DNA of 38,733 nt, taken from positions 1 to 38,733 of the forward strand of contig JACOVM010000072.1 in the NCBI GenBank assembly GCA_016177345.1, given 5' to 3'. Made by a program: the position numbers and the translations under genes. Under the pieces are notes generated by a model that saw only the letters and a program-made list of their open reading frames with translations, made no database searches and had not been told where the DNA came from. Shown piece after piece: positions 9,345 to 17,847 of the stretch (position 1 is its first letter; every line of letters begins with the position of its first letter). Origin of the DNA: Candidatus Woesearchaeota archaeon (lineage in GTDB: Archaea; Nanobdellota; Nanobdellia; Woesearchaeales; UBA12501).

Positions 9345-10319
9345 ATGTATCGTGCTCTGCAGCGTTCTGTTGCTTCAGCGATATCATCAAGGGTGGCATC
9401 GTCAGAACGTGTGCCTGATGTTTCATCATTGCAGGCTGTTCCTCAGACTATTCCTTTGCTGGAGACTGCACCACTGCAAATCCTTTATCATAATCAAAAT
9501 CTTTTTCACACTTTTCTTGAAATCAACGATGCTCTTGAGGTATTGTTTGTCTTAGAAGGGTTAAGGCCTGCGTGCAGGCAGCTTGTTCATGAGGATGATG
9601 TCCATCGTGTTGTTGGATTTTGTGAATCCTCTGGTCTTCATTGGGAATTGTCTGATTTCAAAATCCTCAAAGACCAAGAGCTTCTTGTTGTGCCGGAATA
9701 CCCGGGCGACAGCCACTATTTTGTTTATTTATCAAGAAACAAGGAGGTATGCCAGCTTGCTAAGTTCTATGAGGCAACAAGAAATGATGCCCTGTTCGGT
9801 GAAGTATTGGGATACCCTCAATGCTGTGTTCGCTTTTATATCAGCAACTATGCCAGGGCAGCGAAGCTTCGGGATGATTATACCTTAATGAGCATTGCTA
9901 ATACTCATTTTCAGCCAAGCTTTGTAACCAATAATATGGCAAGGTTTTTTTCTGTTTCCCTCATTAGCCACTTTCCCTGTTCGTACAACTGTCCAGAAAC
10001 AGAAAAGATGGGCAGTGCGTTTTTTGAGTGCCTAACAGCGCATAACTCTTCGCTTGCAGAGTATGTCAAAGAGGTTCTTCAAGGGCCGGTGATCAGCCAT
10101 GCATCAACAGGGGTTCATCTTTTGAAGGGAGCGAAGGCTGTTGGAAGCACGATCTGGTACAAGGAGCCGTGGCTGACATCGCCAAACGAGATGCATGCCA
10201 CACTGCGCTTGTGCAACAATATAAAGTATCTTGGAAGAAACCATATCCAGCTCTGCCAGGATGGCCATGTTGTTGAAGATGTTTCTGGAGATCATGTCGG
10301 GTTTGTGATGTTTGAGTGA
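9345..10319 (+). CDS. Cys-motif protein (GYPxCC ... SHFPCSxxC), paralog 2
   Basis: Contains LGYPQCCVRFY and ISHFPCSYNCPET motifs. GAGGTGAGGT lies immediately upstream of the ATG. It is a tandem paralog of 8193..9035. Confidence 0.75.
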   Translation: MYRALQRSVASAISSRVASSERVPDVSSLQAVPQTIPLLETAPLQILYHNQNLFHTFLEINDALEVLFVLEGLRPACRQLVHEDDVHRVVGFCESSGLHWELSDFKILKDQELLVVPEYPGDSHYFVYLSRNKEVCQLAKFYEATRNDALFGEVLGYPQCCVRFYISNYARAAKLRDDYTLMSIANTHFQPSFVTNNMARFFSVSLISHFPCSYNCPETEKMGSAFFECLTAHNSSLAEYVKEVLQGPVISHASTGVHLLKGAKAVGSTIWYKEPWLTSPNEMHATLRLCNNIKYLGRNHIQLCQDGHVVEDVSGDHVGFVMFE

Positions 10320-10427
10320 TCGGGGAATTTTAATTTTCTAATATTTTTAGGATATTTTCGGAAAATATCTTATTTCTTGGAATAACTTGGATTAGGCCCG
10401 TACTTTTCTCCACATTCTTTGAAAGCC

Positions 10428-10458
10428 TTCCAACTTTTGTTGGGCAGAACATATAAAT
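10428..10458 (+). promoter_or_regulatory. duplicated promoter block, copy 1 (TATA CATATAAA)
   Basis: CTTCCAACTTTTGTTGGGCAGAACATATAAA, with the first ATG (10481) 23 nt after its end. It is near-identical to 10938-10968. Confidence 0.55.
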
Positions 10459-10480
10459 GGCATATCTTGTTTTTTTTCTT

Positions 10481-10693
10481 ATGGAGATTCAGTATACAAC
10501 TCATGCTAAAGAGCAGTTGATGGCAAGAAAAATAATGGAAGTCTGGATTGAGGAAACGATCAAATACCCAACGTACGCTGTACACATTGGCTACAAATAC
10601 TATGCGATCAGAAAACTGAATGGTTTCACGCTCAAAGTCGTTTACACAAAAGAAAACTATATAAAGGTCATCACTGCCTATTTTATATCATGA
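10481..10693 (+). CDS. DUF4258-family putative toxin
   Basis: MEIQYTTHAKEQLMARKI...IKVITAYFIS fits the DUF4258 pattern (HAxxxMxxRxI ... hVITxY). The start is chosen from the promoter spacing, whereas the ORF track begins at 10457. It overlaps the next gene by 4 nt. Confidence 0.7.
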   Translation: MEIQYTTHAKEQLMARKIMEVWIEETIKYPTYAVHIGYKYYAIRKLNGFTLKVVYTKENYIKVITAYFIS

Positions 10694-10893
10694 AAATACG
10701 CTATGATCCGGACGCTGATGCAATATACATTGGGCTCCTTGATGAGGTAGTTGACCACACAAGAGAGGTTGATGCAAATACTCTTCTCGACTTTAATAAG
10801 AAAGGGATGGTTATTGGGATAGAGCTGCTTTTTGTCAAAGAAAAAAATCCGAAAATTTTGGAAGAATTCCAAGTTGAGGGAATAATTTCGTAA
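10690..10893 (+). CDS. DUF2283-family putative antitoxin
   Basis: MKIRYDPDADAIYIGL...GMVIGIELL is the characteristic DUF2283 signature (MKxxYDxEADAxYI ... GIEIL). Confidence 0.75.
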   Translation: MKIRYDPDADAIYIGLLDEVVDHTREVDANTLLDFNKKGMVIGIELLFVKEKNPKILEEFQVEGIIS

Positions 10894-10937
10894 ATTGCTA
10901 TCTCTATTTTGAAATTTTTTCAATACTCATATGATTT

Positions 10938-10968
10938 CTTCCAACTTTTCTTAGGCAGAACATATAAA
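10938..10968 (+). promoter_or_regulatory. duplicated promoter block, copy 2
   Basis: CTTCCAACTTTTCTTAGGCAGAACATATAAA, with ATG 10991 exactly 23 nt after its end. This is the same spacing as copy 1. Confidence 0.55.
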
Positions 10969-10990
10969 CCCTATTTTTCTTGATTATCGT

Positions 10991-11275
10991 ATGAAACTTT
11001 ACGTTATTAAACTGTGTCATTATCCTCGTTCAACCTTCAGCTCCATTGACTTTGATAAGCTTCGATTTTATATTCGAAAAACATTGAAGTATGGCACGTT
11101 TGTTAAGATGAAGTATAAAGAAGCTTACCACTTTGCTTATCATTCCTCTTTTTCCAGCGGTTTTTCAGTGTATGTTCTTATCGGTTGGCAGGAAAATCAG
11201 TTACATAAGGAAAACATTAATGCAGTTATTCTTGAGAATGAGAATATTGATGAAAAACGAGGGCATCCGGTATGA
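10991..11275 (+). CDS. hypothetical small protein, first gene of the second cassette
   Basis: 94-aa ORF starting at the leaderless distance from the duplicated TATA. Its stop overlaps the next start (ATGA). Confidence 0.5.
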   Translation: MKLYVIKLCHYPRSTFSSIDFDKLRFYIRKTLKYGTFVKMKYKEAYHFAYHSSFSSGFSVYVLIGWQENQLHKENINAVILENENIDEKRGHPV

Positions 11276-11484
11276 GAGTCACCTTTACCTCTCATGCCTT
11301 GCCGCGGATGAGCATAAGAAAAATTTATGACGATGACATTATGGATACTCTTCGATCGCCAGACGTAATCTATAAGAAGCATGGAAAATATTTTTTTAGG
11401 AAGAGTATTGGTCGAGGAACTATCGAGCTTTGTTGTGAGAAAACAGAAAGGCATATAAACATAGTGACTCTCTATTGGGTGTAA
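11272..11484 (+). CDS. DUF4258-family putative toxin (second copy)
   Basis: MRVTFTSHALPRMSIRKI...INIVTLYWV fits the DUF4258 pattern. Confidence 0.7.
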   Translation: MRVTFTSHALPRMSIRKIYDDDIMDTLRSPDVIYKKHGKYFFRKSIGRGTIELCCEKTERHINIVTLYWV

Positions 11485-11485
11485 C

Positions 11486-11686
11486 ATGAAACTAACCTAC
11501 GATAAAGAAGCAGACGCCATCTACATTGAGTTCCAAAAGGGAAATTTTGCAAAAAATAAGAAAGTTGACGATTTTATTATCCTTGATTATGATGCTAACG
11601 GCTGCTTGCTGGGGATAGAATTGTTAAACGTTAGTAAGCAATTATCTATGGAAACGCTAAGGGACAAGCAGATCGTTCAATGTTAA
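11486..11686 (+). CDS. DUF2283-family putative antitoxin (second copy)
   Basis: MKLTYDKEADAIYIEF...CLLGIELLN, starting 1 nt after the preceding stop. Confidence 0.75.
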   Translation: MKLTYDKEADAIYIEFQKGNFAKNKKVDDFIILDYDANGCLLGIELLNVSKQLSMETLRDKQIVQC

Positions 11687-11716
11687 GCAACTTCTTCATT
11701 TTTTTGGTGCTTGGTC

Positions 11717-12526
11717 TTACTTTTCCGCAACCACAACTGCATTGCAACGCTGTTCTTCAATAAAGCCATATTGGCGGATATCTTTTTTAACCCTATCAGA
11801 GACCATGGACATCATGGCATTCCATTCTTCTGGTGTTGGCGGCGGAGTAAAATAATCTCGAAGGCTGTTCACGTAGTCGAGATACTCCATTCCGCTTGAT
11901 GAGTGATATTTTGACTCAAAGCGCTGCACCTCTTTTATGATGAACGGCGGCAGAAACTTTTGGATGGTATCTGCGTTTATTTTTTGGTGCCTTCTATCGA
12001 CGTTGCTTCGCTTTGCGATTCTCATCTCAATATCTTGAAGAAAGGCTATTGTTCGTGGCCTATCCTTGAGCGTGTGGAGCGTTAGAATAAGCCTGCCATG
12101 GGGGCGAAGGCAGCGATATGCTTCGGCAAGTGCTCGCCGTGGATGATCTATAACATGGAGTGTATGTGACATAATGATTGTTCCAAATTGTCCGTCACGA
12201 AATGGAAGCTCTTCTGCATTGCCTTGGAGGAGCTGAAGAGCCATGCCTTTTCGTTTTGCTTCTTGTGCGCCGATCTGGATAAGGCCTGGAGAAGAGTCAA
12301 TGCCAACAAGCACCCCATGTTTGCCTGAAATGGTTGACATCGCAAGGCGAATGAGAAGATCAGCATTGCCGCAGCCAACATCGAGAACAGGATTTTGTTT
12401 GTCAATGATGCGCTTCATCGCCTCTAAGTGGATATCTACTTTTGGGGTAAGGCTTAGGTTGAAGGCTTTTCTTTTTTTTAATGCTGAATCGTTCTGGTAC
12501 ATCCGAAGTGGCAGGTCCATGTTCAT
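11717..12526 (-). CDS. class I SAM-dependent methyltransferase
   Basis: Motif I VLDVGCGNADLL, followed by LVGIDSSP, and post-I/II elements (FGTIIMSHTLHVI, LRPHGRLIL). Confidence 0.85.
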   Translation of the reverse strand: MNMDLPLRMYQNDSALKKRKAFNLSLTPKVDIHLEAMKRIIDKQNPVLDVGCGNADLLIRLAMSTISGKHGVLVGIDSSPGLIQIGAQEAKRKGMALQLLQGNAEELPFRDGQFGTIIMSHTLHVIDHPRRALAEAYRCLRPHGRLILTLHTLKDRPRTIAFLQDIEMRIAKRSNVDRRHQKINADTIQKFLPPFIIKEVQRFESKYHSSSGMEYLDYVNSLRDYFTPPPTPEEWNAMMSMVSDRVKKDIRQYGFIEEQRCNAVVVAEK

Positions 12527-12630
12527 GGAGAACTGCCTTGTTTTTTTAATGTTATTGGATTCTTAATGTTTTGTAGAAGCTCTTTTCACATTTTCAGCCG
12601 TAAAGTCCTAGTTTTGATTAAAAAACACTG

Positions 12631-12746
12631 ATTCAGGGCGCCGCCATGGTTTACGTTGAAAGCTCTCTTTTTCTCCCCACCCTGCCCGGGCGAGGTGGGG
12701 AGAAAAAGAGACCTAAACTTTGTTTAAGCACAGCGGCGCCCTGAAT
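12631..12746. repeat. intergenic compound hairpin (outer 14-bp GC stem, ~20-nt symmetric internal loop, perfect 17-bp polypyrimidine/polypurine stem)
   Basis: Outer stem: ATTCAGGGCGCCGC 12631-12644 pairs with GCGGCGCCCTGAAT 12733-12746. Inner stem: CTCTTTTTCTCCCCACC 12665-12681 pairs with GGTGGGGAGAAAAAGAG 12694-12710, with a 12-nt loop. Confidence 0.7.
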
Positions 12747-12792
12747 AAAGGAGAGACTTTCTACGAAGACCTTCTTTGATCACCGCTCATTG

Positions 12793-13344
12793 TTATTCAT
12801 CTCCCAATCTCCAGTGTTCCAGCATGTGAACGTACTCTTCAGACCCATCCCCGCCATGGATTCTGGCAAAGTGGAAGTATTCGTGCCAGTATACTCGTTG
12901 TGGATCTGGGTCATTACTCCTGATTCGTGCAGTCTTGTCATCGTTGTATCCTGGTGTGCAATAGCCTCGAATGTTCAGGCTACCCATCTGGTGGGGCTGA
13001 AGAACGGTGGTATCGATGAGTGGCGCAATGAACACCATGGGCGCATTTGGCTTCCAAGGGCCATCCTTTGCTGCTTCCTGGTTTGTCACGTACCCCACTT
13101 TTTTTCTGTTATCCTTTCTGTTCTCAGAACTGGTAGCAGAATATGCAGAAGTGGTTCTTGATTCACTTGTGGAAGTTGTAGAAGCATTGCCGTGTTCCCG
13201 CGCTGGCGTTACTGGGTGATAAGAAGGGATGACATACCTATCTGGACTAAGATACAAAGAGGTTGTTGTGCACTCTACTAGTTCATCTAGCGTCGTGCTA
13301 TTTTCTGATTGCTCAGCACAGGATTCATGATTTGTCATAAGCAT
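12793..13344 (-). CDS. hypothetical protein with a Ser/Thr-rich middle
   Basis: 183-aa ORF. The competing + ORF 12790..13161 translates to low-quality sequence. Confidence 0.55.
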   Translation of the reverse strand: MLMTNHESCAEQSENSTTLDELVECTTTSLYLSPDRYVIPSYHPVTPAREHGNASTTSTSESRTTSAYSATSSENRKDNRKKVGYVTNQEAAKDGPWKPNAPMVFIAPLIDTTVLQPHQMGSLNIRGYCTPGYNDDKTARIRSNDPDPQRVYWHEYFHFARIHGGDGSEEYVHMLEHWRLGDE

Positions 13345-13411
13345 TCAAAACGCTCAAAAAAGATAGTCCACCCTTTATGACATTTACAAAAGAGAGTAAA
13401 CGATGCTTCAC

Positions 13412-13660
13412 TTACAGCTTATGTTCGAGTGGCATTTCTTTCTTTTCTGATTTCTTGCCAGTCTCTTTTTGTGCTGCGCGAGCCATCGCTTCGAGGTCAA
13501 CGCCAAGCTCCTTTAGGGCTTTTACGTGCATCTGCATCAATTGTTCGACAATGCTGAGGATCTTGAGCATTTCCTGGCGTTCCTTCGCGAGCGTGCTTAG
13601 TGCCCCTTTATGAAATCCAATTTGTTCATCTTTGCTTGCATCTTTCATTGCTTCTGTCAT
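13412..13660 (-). CDS. small coiled-coil protein
   Basis: 82-aa K/E/L/M-rich helical ORF, co-directional with 13736..15190. Confidence 0.55.
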   Translation of the reverse strand: MTEAMKDASKDEQIGFHKGALSTLAKERQEMLKILSIVEQLMQMHVKALKELGVDLEAMARAAQKETGKKSEKKEMPLEHKL

Positions 13661-13735
13661 TGTTTGAAACCTCCTTTGTTTATTACCGGGTTATTGTTGT
13701 TGAGTTGTTCTGCTTATGCAGGATCATGTGTACTT

Positions 13736-14077
13736 TTAAGCTTGTTCAACCATTCCTGACGTTCGGTGATGGTAGCGAATTTTATCAGTGTGTTGTGCTG
13801 CAATAAGTGGTTCCTGTTCCCCTACACTGGCGAGGTCGTACCGTGCTTGGCGATCATTGGGGCTGTACATCTGTGCAGAAAACCGGGGGGTGTCAAGCGG
13901 TGCTGTTCTATTGAGGTAGCCGAGATACCCTCGTTCAGTTTGCCCACCCACAAGGTCACCGATGTCTGCTATTCCATCAGCTGTGCTCCTGCTTTTCCTG
14001 TACAGGCCTCGAATCATGTTGTCGACGAGCGCCATTTGCTGCAGTGGGGCATCGTATCCTGGAGTTGGTGCTTTCAT
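13736..14077 (-). CDS. hypothetical protein
   Basis: 113-aa ORF between the metalloprotease gene and the small coiled-coil gene on the same strand. Confidence 0.5.
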   Translation of the reverse strand: MKAPTPGYDAPLQQMALVDNMIRGLYRKSRSTADGIADIGDLVGGQTERGYLGYLNRTAPLDTPRFSAQMYSPNDRQARYDLASVGEQEPLIAAQHTDKIRYHHRTSGMVEQA

Positions 14078-14254
14078 GGTAGTCTCTGTTCTGTCTTATG
14101 TTATCTTCTTTTTACTGCAGGCACTTACCAGAGGTGCCGATGGCTGTATTGCCAGACGACCCTGCTTTCTGCTGCAATGCCGGTGAAAAATCCACCGCTG
14201 TACATGGCATTGCTCTGGCTGTTGATTCTACCCTCGCAGCACGATGCTGCATTG

Positions 14255-15190
14255 TCACAAAAGTGCATGGTGTTTCACCTCGATACCATTGCTGATCAGT
14301 TCTTTATGAACTTGAAGCGCGTGCTTTCCCTGCTCTATCATATTCTTGACGAAGCTGAAGGCGATGTTGTGCAAGCCATTTTGTGCAGGTGCAGCTGGCG
14401 TGATGAAGGAGCTGCCTAGTCCTGCAATATCGTTGCTGGTTATGGCTTCGAGCCATGCCATCTCAAAGGCGAAGGCCTTGGCTTCTTCGTCGTGCCCGTC
14501 ATGGAGTGTGGGGGTCATGACATGGCCAAGCTCGTGGCCAATGGTGAGCATGAGCTGGTCGAGTGGATTTTCTTTTACGATCACAATTCTGAATCCTGGA
14601 TTGTTGATGGAAAATCCTTGGAGTCCTGCTGATGGCTTGCCGCCAAAATCATTGTGCTTTTCCTGCAGCTCTTCTTCTGAAACAACGCTGATGACAATGT
14701 CTCCGGGAAGCTTTTTTCCAGTAACTGCAGTAAATGCTTGTTTGATATAATGCTGAATGTCATGCCCTTTTCCGATGAATCGTGCAGTCGGCCGGTGCGG
14801 GTCAAGGAAGCTTACTGTTGAATGGTATTCTGGATGGGAATGGGCAGTCCAATGGTAGTGTCGTCCTGCAATTGAACCAGTTGAATCTCCCGCCCCGTAT
14901 CCTATTTCGGGAGATGAGTATCTTCCTGAGCCTGCTGATACCGTTGACTCAAGTCTCTGTCTTAGACTAGGACTTTGGTCTGGTATAGATCGGGAAAAGG
15001 AAACCTCGACTGCAGTATCAAGGGCATAGGTTTGAAACGTCTGAGACGCCCGGTCCATGCTGCCGATGCTTCGTTCCAGCATGCTGTAGCTTAGGGTTGG
15101 CGAAAGAGCCATACTTCCAGCTGGGAAAAAGCCGGATGGGCTTCCAAAGCCTCCTTGGCTGACGTATCCACTATGTGACAGGTATGCCAT
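14255..15190 (-). CDS. putative zinc metallopeptidase (HExxH)
   Basis: LTIGHELGHVMTP...EEAKAFAFE gives HExxH plus a downstream Glu. There is no signal peptide, and the N-terminal third is S/G-rich. Confidence 0.7.
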   Translation of the reverse strand: MAYLSHSGYVSQGGFGSPSGFFPAGSMALSPTLSYSMLERSIGSMDRASQTFQTYALDTAVEVSFSRSIPDQSPSLRQRLESTVSAGSGRYSSPEIGYGAGDSTGSIAGRHYHWTAHSHPEYHSTVSFLDPHRPTARFIGKGHDIQHYIKQAFTAVTGKKLPGDIVISVVSEEELQEKHNDFGGKPSAGLQGFSINNPGFRIVIVKENPLDQLMLTIGHELGHVMTPTLHDGHDEEAKAFAFEMAWLEAITSNDIAGLGSSFITPAAPAQNGLHNIAFSFVKNMIEQGKHALQVHKELISNGIEVKHHALL

Positions 15191-15329
15191 ACAGTGGAGT
15201 ATAATGCAGAGATCTATTTAAAGAAGCGTGGGGTGAAGAAGAATGGAGTGGGACAAAAAGGTCATGGTTGTGTTAGTTGTAGCACCCTAGCCCATTTTGT
15301 CACCACTTATTAGTTATAAAAAACGAAAG

Positions 15330-15338
15330 TTTTAAATA
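15330..15338 (+). promoter_or_regulatory. TATA-like box (TTTTAAATA) for the GHKL operon
   Basis: Lies 14-23 nt upstream of the candidate ATGs at 15352 and 15361. Confidence 0.45.
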
Positions 15339-15351
15339 GTACATCTTGGTT

Positions 15352-17847
15352 ATGCCTGTTATGATCCCTCGCAGGCTGCTCGAATGGCTCGCTAAGCCAT
15401 TGCAAAAGCAAGAAATTGCTCAGTACGTTAAGCTCCCCTCTCTTTTTGTTGTAGAAGATTTAGAGGTAGCTAACGAGCTGCGCCACAAGGTTGATCCGCG
15501 AGAGTACCTTATTGTTCATGATCCATCCCTCATCAATCATCCTGATGCAAGCTATCCTTCTCATCCACGAATTGCGGGAAAGCGTCGTGAAGGCATTCTT
15601 GTTCGAGGGAAAAATCTGAGCCATAACATGGCAGGCCTGTATCTGCGCCAGCATTCTTCGTCCCAAAGCCCAGAGGCAGCACTTCGATCTCTTGAAGAAA
15701 GCGTCATGGAAACTTCCGCTAAAACCCAGCAGAATATGCAGTCCTTAGAGTCAGCTGCAAGGTCTCTGCTCACGGAGCACGGAGACAATGAGGGCAATGT
15801 AGGTTATGATCAAGCCCAATTGATGGCTCTCATTCATGATATTACTGTTGCCCAGTTCGAATACCCGGAGCATTTTATTCGAGAAGCAGTCCAGAACGCT
15901 GACGGTGCATGGCAGAACAAGCTCGAAAATCGCATTGACGTCTTTATCGATAGAAAAAATAGGACCATCAGAGTAGCAGACAAAGGCAGAGGAATGGACA
16001 AGCCTGTGGTAGAGAATGCTTTTTTCAATTTGTACGCCTCATTAAACGAAGCATTATCCTACGCTGCAGGAAAATTTGGGATCGGCGCTGTCAGTTTCTT
16101 TGGGCTCAAGCATGACCATGTTCGAATTGACACGAAGCAAGAAGAGGGCGACGCTATCAGTGTTCTTGTTGATGGCCAATTACAGAGAGAGTATGTTCCG
16201 AGCACGCAGCACGAGCGCGGAACAACGGTAGAGATCAAGCTGGCAGGCGATTCACCCATTGATTTTGATAAGATTGTTGAAATCCTTCGAGAAGACTGCT
16301 GCTATATCGAAACCCCGACCTACCTTCACGATAATGGAACAACAGAATTCATAAACAAGGAATTAACCCCGGAAGGGGTGCAAAACACGGTCGGCTTTTC
16401 AGAGAAAAATGTTCAAGGATATGTTCGCCTTGGCTCCGGTGAATTGAAATTGCTCTCTCACCGAATCAGGCTGCGCAGCATTCCAACTGTTGGCTATTCT
16501 GGCGTTGTCAATTGTGCAGGATTAGATACTACTTTTTCACGAGACACCGTGCTTGATGACCCGGTACTTCGTGATGTTCTTCGTTATGTGAATATTAAGC
16601 AGGCTGATCTTCGCCGAAAAGCCCTTGACAATAACAAGCTTTCCTTAGAGGCGCGATTGAATGATTACCAGGAATTTCTCCACAGCAGATTTTTTGATGG
16701 AAATGGGGTAAATGCCCAGTTTCTTCGGGCTCATGCACAATCCATCCTCTATGGGTCTCGCTTTCAAGAATATACCTGGGAGAAAATGAGTGAGCAGTCA
16801 ACTAGTGTCCAGTCCGGCTTTGGTCTTCGGCCAGCAGGATACCTTTTTGGATACGCTCACGCTATTGGCTCAACAATGCTTCAGTGGGCTAGAAAAAAAC
16901 TGGGGATAAAACAGTATGCCCTGGTATGTCACACAGGTGATATGAGTTGGACAAAACGCGAAGTCATAGATGCTAGGTCATTTCATGATCGTTTGCCATC
17001 CACCACTAGTGATGTTGGCGAGGCTGGATTTGCAGGGCTATTTCTTTCTACAGTGACTACTCTCTTAGGCGGTGCTGCGGCGTATGGGCTCACCAAAGAT
17101 GGAAGATGTTTTGCCCCGTTAGGCGTGATGGTGGCATACGATGTGGTATGTGCGGCAGAATCTGCTGCCAGAATCGGTTATCACATGGGGAAAGAATTGG
17201 TGAAGAAAGCCTTTGTTCACCACGCTAATCACACATTATACGGAAGCTATATTCCTGGTGCAGAAGCTGATACCAAAACTGCAAAGTCTATTGCTGGCGT
17301 AGCATTAGGTCTTGCTGGAATTGGCGGATTATTGTGGGGTGTGCCGTATGTTATCTCTCATCTTAGTACACCAGATACTCCATCAGTAAGCCAACCGAAA
17401 AATATTGAAGAGCGAGCTGAAGAACCAAAAGAGCACTCAAGGCAGGCTCCTCAGCCAACACCGCAGCATGGAGAACAGGATAGCGATATTCCATACGAGC
17501 TCCCTCTCGGCATTGCCTTTGGCACTGGCCTTGCCATGACCGGATTTCTTCATCACCGAAATAAGAGGAGAATGCTTCAGCCCTATACTGACTCGTTAAC
17601 TGCTGACGAGCAAAAACTGCTCGATGGCGTTCAGGAGTCATTAGGGGCTCTTCCAACTCATGTTCCAGTTTATTATGGCAGCAATCTTGGCCGAGACCAC
17701 CCCGCATTTTTAGTAACGAGGCGTGGCATTATCTTGAACAGGACAAGAAAAGAGGGAATAGAACCAGCCATGCCAGCCTTAGCCTATGCCAGCACAATAT
17801 TAAAAGATGCATCCTTATCTGATCGCATCGCGGAGAAACTATCATGA
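15352..17847 (+). CDS. HSP90/HtpG-like GHKL ATPase with a C-terminal multi-TM region
   Basis: N box REAVQNADGA, G1 box ADKGRGMD and G2 box GKFGIGAVSFFG (compare HSP90 GQFGVGFYS). Four or more hydrophobic helices follow after about aa 560. The ORF-track start (15346) is TTG, so ATG 15352 or 15361 is more plausible. Confidence 0.8.
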   Translation: MPVMIPRRLLEWLAKPLQKQEIAQYVKLPSLFVVEDLEVANELRHKVDPREYLIVHDPSLINHPDASYPSHPRIAGKRREGILVRGKNLSHNMAGLYLRQHSSSQSPEAALRSLEESVMETSAKTQQNMQSLESAARSLLTEHGDNEGNVGYDQAQLMALIHDITVAQFEYPEHFIREAVQNADGAWQNKLENRIDVFIDRKNRTIRVADKGRGMDKPVVENAFFNLYASLNEALSYAAGKFGIGAVSFFGLKHDHVRIDTKQEEGDAISVLVDGQLQREYVPSTQHERGTTVEIKLAGDSPIDFDKIVEILREDCCYIETPTYLHDNGTTEFINKELTPEGVQNTVGFSEKNVQGYVRLGSGELKLLSHRIRLRSIPTVGYSGVVNCAGLDTTFSRDTVLDDPVLRDVLRYVNIKQADLRRKALDNNKLSLEARLNDYQEFLHSRFFDGNGVNAQFLRAHAQSILYGSRFQEYTWEKMSEQSTSVQSGFGLRPAGYLFGYAHAIGSTMLQWARKKLGIKQYALVCHTGDMSWTKREVIDARSFHDRLPSTTSDVGEAGFAGLFLSTVTTLLGGAAAYGLTKDGRCFAPLGVMVAYDVVCAAESAARIGYHMGKELVKKAFVHHANHTLYGSYIPGAEADTKTAKSIAGVALGLAGIGGLLWGVPYVISHLSTPDTPSVSQPKNIEERAEEPKEHSRQAPQPTPQHGEQDSDIPYELPLGIAFGTGLAMTGFLHHRNKRRMLQPYTDSLTADEQKLLDGVQESLGALPTHVPVYYGSNLGRDHPAFLVTRRGIILNRTRKEGIEPAMPALAYASTILKDASLSDRIAEKLS

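Noticed and set aside
13766-14419. 217-aa + strand ORF (and 13962..14186, 14098..14295, 14346..14750 +).
   Set aside because: They are antisense to the better-supported minus-strand genes 13736..14077 and 14255..15190 (which has the HExxH motif). Their translations are Cys/Leu/Ser-rich and low in quality.
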